In this document: one piece after another, positions 6,197 to 11,500 of the stretch | Layout of the letters: the number at the start of each line of letters is the position of its first letter | Position numbering within the stretch: the stretch's first letter is position 1 | Assembly: GCA_045863235.1 (NCBI GenBank) | Contig: BTUM01000140.1 | Coordinates: 1-11,500 of the forward strand | Source of the DNA: Candidatus Xenobia bacterium | Lineage (GTDB): Bacteria; Vulcanimicrobiota; Xenobia; Xenobiales; QWHO01 | Length of the DNA: 11,500 bases | Direction of reading: 5' to 3' | The notes under the pieces: generated by a model | The model's input: the letters and a program-made list of their open reading frames with translations, nothing else | Told to the model about the DNA's origin: nothing | The model's database searches: none | Made by a program: the position numbers and the translations under genes

Positions 6197-7292
6197 CCCG
6201 AGTCTCCTTTCCATCTCCCACCAGGGCGTGCACCAGTCCGAGAATCTCCTCGGTCGCTGCCGGCTTTCCTAGAGCCCGACTCGCGGCCGCCATTCTGACC
6301 AACCGGTCGCCTGCGCCCAGAAGCTCTTCCACCAATCCCCCCAGACCGGCCTCGACCTGGTCGTCTTCCAACAACTCGGCCGCCCCGCTCTTCACGGCCG
6401 CCCGCGCGTTCAGGCGCTGGTGATCTTCGGCCGCGAAGGGATAGGGCACCAGGATGGCCGGCAACCCCCGGGCCGTGACCTCGGCCAGCGTGGTGGCTCC
6501 CGCTCGGCAGACCACCAGATCAGCCGCGGCGTAGGCCGCCGCCATGTCGTCGAGGTACCCCAGCGGCCGGTAGTCCAGACTCGAGGTGGCGGAGCGCTCG
6601 CGCTCGACCTCCTCGAGGTGCTTGGGGCCGGTCAGGTGGAGCACGCTCCAGGCTCGCTCGGACCAGCGCGGCAACGACCGCAACACGGCCCGGTTGAGAC
6701 TGACGGCGCCCTGACTGGCCCCGGTGACCAGCAGACAGGGTCGGTCTGGTGCCAGGCCCAGCCGCTGCCGCCCTTCCGCCTGCGTGCAGGCGAGAATCTC
6801 GGCGCGCACCGGGTTGCCGGTCACCAGGGTCCGTTTCCCGGGCAACCAGCGGGTCGACTCGGGAAAACTGACGCACACGTGGCGGGCAAAGCGTGCCAGA
6901 AGGCGCGTCACTTTGCCGGGTACCGCGTTCTGCTCGAGCACCATCAACTTGACCCCGAGAACCGCGCCCGCAAGCGCCACAGGTGCGCTGGCGTAGCCGC
7001 CGGTGCCCACGATGAGATCGGGCCGATGGCGAAGCAGAAAACCCAGACACTGAGCAAACCCGACCGCCGTTTCCAGCACTCCCACCAGCGCCTGCACGGG
7101 CTTGCGAGAGAGCCGACCGGCTTTGACCAGGTGAAGCGGAAAGCCGAATCGCGGAACGATTTCGACCTCCACCCCGCGCCGCGAGCCGAAGAAGTGGACC
7201 TCCACACCCTCGGAGCGCAACCGCTCGGCCAGCGTGAGACCCGGATAGAGATGCCCGCCGGTGCCCCCACCGGCAAAGAGAACTCGCTTCAA
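6189..7292 (-). CDS. murG: Lipid II-forming N-acetylglucosaminyltransferase
   Basis: AGGGTGGHLYP, GTGGYAS, EQNAVPG, TGNPVR, GASQGA, RAGATTLAE and DHQRLNA motifs. Likely TTG start at 7292 after GGGGATGGA; alternative start at 7316. Confidence 0.96.
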   Translation of the reverse strand: MKRVLFAGGGTGGHLYPGLTLAERLRSEGVEVHFFGSRRGVEVEIVPRFGFPLHLVKAGRLSRKPVQALVGVLETAVGFAQCLGFLLRHRPDLIVGTGGYASAPVALAGAVLGVKLMVLEQNAVPGKVTRLLARFARHVCVSFPESTRWLPGKRTLVTGNPVRAEILACTQAEGRQRLGLAPDRPCLLVTGASQGAVSLNRAVLRSLPRWSERAWSVLHLTGPKHLEEVERERSATSSLDYRPLGYLDDMAAAYAAADLVVCRAGATTLAEVTARGLPAILVPYPFAAEDHQRLNARAAVKSGAAELLEDDQVEAGLGGLVEELLGAGDRLVRMAAASRALGKPAATEEILGLVHALVGDGKETRDD

Positions 7293-7575
7293 GAATCCAT
7301 CCCCGGACTGCACCAAAACTGGCCGCGTCAGTGTCTAAAGATATTCACGTTTTCGATGAAAAAAGCTAAATTCCCTCCTCATTCTCAAACGAAGACCCCC
7401 GAGTTCTGCGCCTTCAGGAATTGTCCTCCCAGGCCATCTCTCCAGAATCGAGAGAAGCCCGTAACGGCATGCTTTGGGGCATTGCTGCGTTCGCAAAGCC
7501 AATTGAGGAATTTCCTTCAATGAACGAACAGGAGTCACCGAGTTGAGTCTACTCCTGGAATGTGTCAAACGCGGG

Positions 7576-7836
7576 TCAGAAAGCGTAGGAATCGAGAAAA
7601 CCGCAGCCGGAGCATCGATATACGGTGATGGGACGAGTGCGGGCGAGGTCGACCTGGACGGATTTCTCACTGGCCAGGTTGATGCCCAGAATTTTGTCCT
7701 GCCTGGGCTCGGGAGGACCGGGGTGCCAGACGGACTGGTAGACGTCATTGCGCCCGAGCTCGACCGAGAAACCGGACTCCATGGACTGGTTGCAGCGGGG
7801 GCAGATCCTCATGCGAGGAGGCTTTGAGAGGGTCAC
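7576..7836 (-). CDS. Small zinc-ribbon protein (DUF6487/PF20097-like)
   Basis: CPRC..MESGF...W.PG.P...ITVYRCSGCGFLDSYA: two CxxC pairs at the termini. Confidence 0.8.
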   Translation of the reverse strand: MTLSKPPRMRICPRCNQSMESGFSVELGRNDVYQSVWHPGPPEPRQDKILGINLASEKSVQVDLARTRPITVYRCSGCGFLDSYAF

Positions 7837-7917
7837 GACAGTTCCTGTAGGAGATCAGCAATGGCCTTCGAAGCACCACGCGCCACAACGGTTGAGAACT
7901 AACGTAAAGGACGCAAC

Positions 7918-8583
7918 ATGAACAAGAACCTCATTCTGGGACTGTGCCTGCTGATCTCGGTGGGCTGCAGCCAACCGGCCAGCACTCCCTCCACTTCCAC
8001 TCCGGCCCCCACCGCCACGAGCGCGACCGGCAGTCCGACCCCGGCCGCCAGCCCCTCGGCCTCGGCCTCCGAGAGCCCGTCTGACCAGGCCAAGGGCGAG
8101 GGGACCACGATGACGCACCAGGAGTGCGGCGTCGAGTTCACCCTGCCAGCCGGCTGGAAGCAGGAGGAAGGCCAGCAGCACCTGATGGTCAACCCCGAGG
8201 ACGGCACGATGGTGGTGTTCTTCATCACCCCCGGCGACGAGGGCGTGGACGCGGCCGGTGACGCGATCGAGAAGATCATCACCGAGGTCGTGCAAGAGCC
8301 CGAGATCGAGGGCGAAGGCGCCGAGACCAACATCAACGGGATGGAAGCCTTCAGCTTCAACGGCAAGGGCAAGTCGGACGGCAAGGACGTGATCTTCTCG
8401 GTGGACTTCATCAAGGCCAAGAAGCCGCTGATCGTCCTCGCACTCGGCGAGCAGGAGGGCGTGGCCAAGCACGCCACCGAGGTCGACGCCATCGCCAGCA
8501 GCCTCAAGCCCATCGCCGGCAGCGACGCTCCAACCGATGCCCCGGCTGATGAGCCGGCCGACGAGGGAGACAAGGAAGAGTAA
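7918..8583 (+). CDS. Acidic lipoprotein with Ser/Thr/Pro-rich linker and PsbP/DcrB-like domain
   Basis: Lipoprotein signal peptide ending ISVG|C17; PTSA-rich linker; GVEFTLPAGWK motif; AAAGGA RBS; strong GC3 bias; followed by a terminator. Confidence 0.85.
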   Translation: MNKNLILGLCLLISVGCSQPASTPSTSTPAPTATSATGSPTPAASPSASASESPSDQAKGEGTTMTHQECGVEFTLPAGWKQEEGQQHLMVNPEDGTMVVFFITPGDEGVDAAGDAIEKIITEVVQEPEIEGEGAETNINGMEAFSFNGKGKSDGKDVIFSVDFIKAKKPLIVLALGEQEGVAKHATEVDAIASSLKPIAGSDAPTDAPADEPADEGDKEE

Positions 8584-8603
8584 CCTCGGACGGATTCTCG
8601 ATG

Positions 8604-8635
8604 AAAGGCCAGGGTCGTGCGACCCTGGCCTTTTT
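8604..8635 (+). terminator. Intrinsic terminator, possibly bidirectional
   Basis: Perfect 13-bp stem AAAGGCCAGGGTC-GTGC-GACCCTGGCCTTT with a T5 tract (8631-8635), between convergent genes. Confidence 0.9.
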
Positions 8636-8778
8636 CGTTGTGGCGCCAGGCCTGGGGCGGGTCAAAGTGGCCATTTCCACCGCTGTATCTTGCCGATGCC
8701 CAGCCCGACAGGGCGGCGGCTGTTCGGAGCGCGGCAGCCCTCCGGGTCTTCGGTCAATCAGACGGCCTGGTGACAGGC

Positions 8779-10320
8779 TCAGTCTATGAACTCGGAAGCG
8801 TCCACAGACCCCATCATGGCCATGAGGTCAAAGGCGGGCGAGCGGTTGGGGCGCTGAATCCGTGCTCTGGCCTCGGCCTCCGCATAGTGCTGTTTCTGCT
8901 CCAGCACTTTCTGAATGGCAGTATCGAAATAGCCTTCCAGCCCCTTCCCGGGCAGGCCCTTGTTCTGATCGTAGGCATACAGCAACTTGGCATCCTCCAC
9001 CACCCGCTTGAGGTCAGCTCCGGTCAGACCGTCGCAGGCGTCAGCCAGACGGCTCAAGTCGACGCCCGCCAGGTAGGGAGCTGTCTTCAGTCGGGCTCGA
9101 AGGATGGTCGCTCTGGCCTTCTGGTCGGGCAGGCGCGTGTGCAGATAAAGCTCGACACGGCCCGATCGGATGAGAGCAGGGGGAAGGTTGCCGATGTCCA
9201 TTGCGGTCAGCATCAGACAAACCCGGCTGGCGCTCTCGCTCTCCAGGCCGTCGAGGATGGTCAGCAAGTAGCGGTAGAGGCCCAGCTCCTCGCCGCTCTG
9301 GAAGATCACGTCGCTGTCGTCGATGAAGATGATGGAAGGCGAGTTCTCCTTGGCGGCCTCGAAGATGTGGTGGATCTGTCCGTAGAAGTCGCGCGTGCCG
9401 GAAATGATGGTACCGTCGATGAGGAAGAATTTGCTCTTGAGGCGGTGAGCCAGCGCTCGCCCCACGGTCGTCTTCCCTGTGCCCGGCGGACCCGCGATCA
9501 GCACGCCGCGCTTGGCGACGAGGTTCAGCTGACTGGCAAGCTGGTCGTTCTCGAGCGGCATGATAACGTGGGCTTCAAGTTCGGCCACGAGGTCGTCCAA
9601 GCCGATCAAGTCGCTCAAGTCGACCTGCTGCACCTCGCCTAGATGCACGTTGCTGGCCATCTGTTGCGAGCGCAGATACTCCATGAATTCGTCGGTCGTG
9701 AGGCTTTCGCAGGAAGCCTTCAGCCACCGGCAGGCGGACACCATCTGGTAGCAGTTGAGCTTGGGGGCAAAGCGGTGAATCTTCTCGAAGCTAAGGTTGG
9801 CAGAGAGCTTCTTGCCCAGAAGAGAGGTCGCCAGGACCTGGTAGTCCTCTGGGGTGAACTTGGCAATGTACCAGGGGTAGTGGCGATTCGCGATAGGCTC
9901 GGGGATGGGTCGCGAGCTGGCGACCACGAGCTTTTTCCTCGACTCTTCCGCGTAGGTAGCGATGACGGTCAGGGGAGAATCCAGGTAGCCGCTGCGTGGG
10001 TAAAAGTGGCTACAGCCACCGACCACGCACTCGAGCAGGTTGAGGTCATCAAGCAAGACCAGATCGTTGTTCTCGAGGGCGTGAAACATGATGCGGGCGA
10101 AGGTCTCCTCGAGGGCCATGGGGTGCTCACCCTGCATGGCCTGGACCAGGTCGCGGATGTTCACCAGTTGCCCACCCCGCAGGCGCTGGACCTCGCGCAG
10201 GATGGTGGTCTTGCCTTTGCCGCAGGAGCCGTTGAATGAGACGATCGGGCCAACCTCGAGACCGCCGAGAAGGCCTCGGAGCACGCAGTCTTGCGCCGGG
10301 GTCAGAGGACTGGAAGGCAT
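8779..10320 (-). CDS. Tandem AAA+ ATPase (C-terminal domain of the classic Cdc48/FtsH-like clade)
   Basis: Domain 1: GSCGKGKTT and LVLLDD. Domain 2: RGVLIAGPPGTGKT, IIFIDDSD, PALIRSGR and GLTGADL. Start is uncertain (ATG 10320 or GTG 10365). Confidence 0.9.
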   Translation of the reverse strand: MPSSPLTPAQDCVLRGLLGGLEVGPIVSFNGSCGKGKTTILREVQRLRGGQLVNIRDLVQAMQGEHPMALEETFARIMFHALENNDLVLLDDLNLLECVVGGCSHFYPRSGYLDSPLTVIATYAEESRKKLVVASSRPIPEPIANRHYPWYIAKFTPEDYQVLATSLLGKKLSANLSFEKIHRFAPKLNCYQMVSACRWLKASCESLTTDEFMEYLRSQQMASNVHLGEVQQVDLSDLIGLDDLVAELEAHVIMPLENDQLASQLNLVAKRGVLIAGPPGTGKTTVGRALAHRLKSKFFLIDGTIISGTRDFYGQIHHIFEAAKENSPSIIFIDDSDVIFQSGEELGLYRYLLTILDGLESESASRVCLMLTAMDIGNLPPALIRSGRVELYLHTRLPDQKARATILRARLKTAPYLAGVDLSRLADACDGLTGADLKRVVEDAKLLYAYDQNKGLPGKGLEGYFDTAIQKVLEQKQHYAEAEARARIQRPNRSPAFDLMAMMGSVDASEFID

Positions 10321-10377
10321 GGTGGAAGGATTCGACTGGCTTCGACGGGGCCCTCCATTGAGCACAGCTGGCTGGTC

Positions 10378-10842
10378 TCAGGGCTGCTCGCGGATCTCTC
10401 CATCGCGCCGGTCGATGACCACGCAGTGGTAGCGGCCCACGCCCAGCGGCACCGAGGCGACCTCGTCGACCGGCTCGCGTTTCACGGTTGCCGTCACCGA
10501 CTTGCCATCGGCCCCCAGCGCCAGCTTCTCGATGCTCACGCGGGTCAGCATCGAGCCGCTGTAAGCCACGACCACGGTCGACCTGGAGAAGTCGATTCGG
10601 GGGCGCTTCAGCAGGGGGTCGTCGCTGGGCGGCGCCGGGCGAGTGGGAGTGATCTGCTCGGACGGAATGCGGTCCACAAAGGCGTCGAAAGCCTTCTGGT
10701 CGCGGATGACGAGCAGCCCGCCGGGAGGATTGCTCTGGCCCGGGCCACCCACCGAGAGAAAGCCCTGGAATTGAGCTCGAGGGACGATCAGAGCCGGCCC
10801 CGCCGTCATCATGAGGAGCAGACAGAAGAGCAGCTCTTTCAT
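10378..10842 (-). CDS. Secreted protein, PrcB C-terminal-like domain
   Basis: ATG 10842 overlaps the upstream stop (ATGA). N-terminus is hydrophobic (MKELLFCLLLMMTAG). The 'P.IDFSRSTVVVAY.G...VSIEKL...Y.CVVI' pattern resembles PrcB_C-type proteins. 154 aa. Confidence 0.7.
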   Translation of the reverse strand: MKELLFCLLLMMTAGPALIVPRAQFQGFLSVGGPGQSNPPGGLLVIRDQKAFDAFVDRIPSEQITPTRPAPPSDDPLLKRPRIDFSRSTVVVAYSGSMLTRVSIEKLALGADGKSVTATVKREPVDEVASVPLGVGRYHCVVIDRRDGEIREQP

Positions 10843-11192
10843 CGGATGGTCACCTTCAGAGTGTACTCGGCGTTGCCCCGGCTGGGGGATACGACGATGC
10901 GGTAGGTGCCCGACTCGGGCAGCCGACCCTCGAGTTGCGTGGCCTCGGACTCGCCGAGAGGCTCTTCGCCCGGGCTGTAGAGGTCGAAGACCGCGTTGCT
11001 CTCGAGAGAGGTCAGGCGGATCCAGATCTTCTGGCCTTCGCCGGCGCCGATGGTATAGGTATCTCTCTCCCCGCGAATGACGGCTCCCTGCACCGTCGCG
11101 GAATCGGCACCCGGGCGGAAGCGGATCTCCTCGGCCAGGGTAGGCGCCGCCAGGCACAGCCCGGCGGCGAGGGTCAGCATCCAAGGTTTCAA
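10839..11192 (-). CDS. Secreted PliG-like / pre-peptidase C-terminal (PPC)-like beta-sandwich protein
   Basis: Signal peptide MKPWMLTLAAGLCLAAPTLA|EE; mature pattern 'IRF.PGA.SATVQG...DTY...A..GQ.....L...LPESGTYRIVV'. GAGGAG is 10 nt before TTG 11192 but only 1 nt before ATG 11201, so TTG is preferred. Confidence 0.78.
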   Translation of the reverse strand: MKPWMLTLAAGLCLAAPTLAEEIRFRPGADSATVQGAVIRGERDTYTIGAGEGQKIWIRLTSLESNAVFDLYSPGEEPLGESEATQLEGRLPESGTYRIVVSPSRGNAEYTLKVTIR

Positions 11193-11259
11193 TTCGAGCA
11201 TGCTCCTCTTGTCGTGATAGCATGATGATACCGCAAAAGCGGAGGTCGAACTGGTCGCG

Positions 11260-11420
11260 ACAGGGGCGCCTTGTCGTCAATGAGCGGCGGATCGCCTCCA
11301 GCTCGCCCGGGGCCACGTCGGGTTCGGTGCGGGCCAGAATCAGGGCTTGCGCAGCCGAGCCCAGAGCCACTGCTTGCCTCCGCAGTCCAGGCGGGGATTG
11401 CTCTCCCGGTGCAGCGCTGC
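11260..11420 (-). pseudogene. Possible heavily decayed REP-associated tyrosine transposase (RAYT/Y1) C-terminal remnant
   Basis: Motif pieces occur in order across two frames: ESNP (11405-11394), PGL, QWLW (11372-11361), GSAAQA and ELEAIRRSLTTRRP (from 11304). They resemble the RAYT pattern 'ExNPVRAGL...WxWSSA...ELEAIRRS...GRP'. Confidence 0.4.
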
Positions 11421-11471
11421 CGGCCTGGCTCCCACCGAGTCGACCGAGAGCTGAGTTGGCTTCAAACGCTT

Positions 11472-11488
11472 CCGGGCCTTCAGCCCGG
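11472..11488. repeat. REP-like short palindrome
   Basis: CCGGGC-CTTCA-GCCCGG (minus strand CCGGGCTGAAGGCCCGG): 6-bp GC stem, single copy in the window. Confidence 0.35.
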
Positions 11489-11500
11489 CGCAACGCTCAC

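Noticed and set aside
2407..7523. Long plus-strand ORFs 2407-3387, 3483-4808, 4907-6298 and 6420-7523
   Set aside because: Antisense shadows of well-supported minus-strand genes, as expected in high-GC DNA; no motifs of their own.
7546..7568. TTGACA...TAGACT as a standard sigma70 promoter for murG
   Set aside because: The spacer is only 11 nt against the usual 16-18, so it is not listed as a feature.
7969..8090. Repetitive-looking sequence in the lipoprotein gene
   Set aside because: Ordinary Ser/Thr/Pro/Ala low-complexity linker, not a DNA repeat array.
8617..10905. Plus-strand ORFs 8617-9642, 9643-10239 and 10291-10905
   Set aside because: Antisense shadows of the AAA ATPase and PrcB-like genes; the first starts inside the terminator.
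10843..11493. N-terminal 217 aa of ORF 10378-11493
   Set aside because: Overlaps the PliG-like gene in another frame; the hydrophobic N-terminus and ATGA overlap place the start at 10842.
1..11500. CRISPR array, tRNA, rRNA or known riboswitch
   Set aside because: No regularly spaced repeats or recognisable RNA signatures seen by eye; a covariance-model scan would be needed to exclude divergent RNAs.

Overview
High-GC bacterial chromosomal window with three parts. (1) Bases 1-~2470 form a lower-GC accessory mosaic. It holds probable IS ends, a gene start cut after ~5 codons, a frameshifted DUF695-like remnant, an intact coupled three-gene module (unknown protein, antitoxin-like protein, VapC/PIN toxin), a start-less fragment of a second PIN gene missed by the ORF track, and a 39-codon small ORF. 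(2) Bases 2473-7292 form a tightly packed minus-strand operon: murG, murC, a secreted protein, a Zn-dependent dehydrogenase and a formyltransferase. It is detached from the usual dcw neighbours, its MurC lacks the conserved DH(L/M)D histidine and has an ~11-residue insertion there, and two genes appear to start at CTG in CTGA stop/start overlaps. (3) Bases 7576-11500 carry a zinc-ribbon protein, a lipoprotein with a strong terminator, a tandem AAA+ ATPase with non-canonical Walker B/sensor-1 motifs, two secreted proteins, and a possible decayed RAYT transposase beside a REP-like hairpin. No rRNA, tRNA or CRISPR array was seen. Family assignments come from motif recognition by eye, not database searches.
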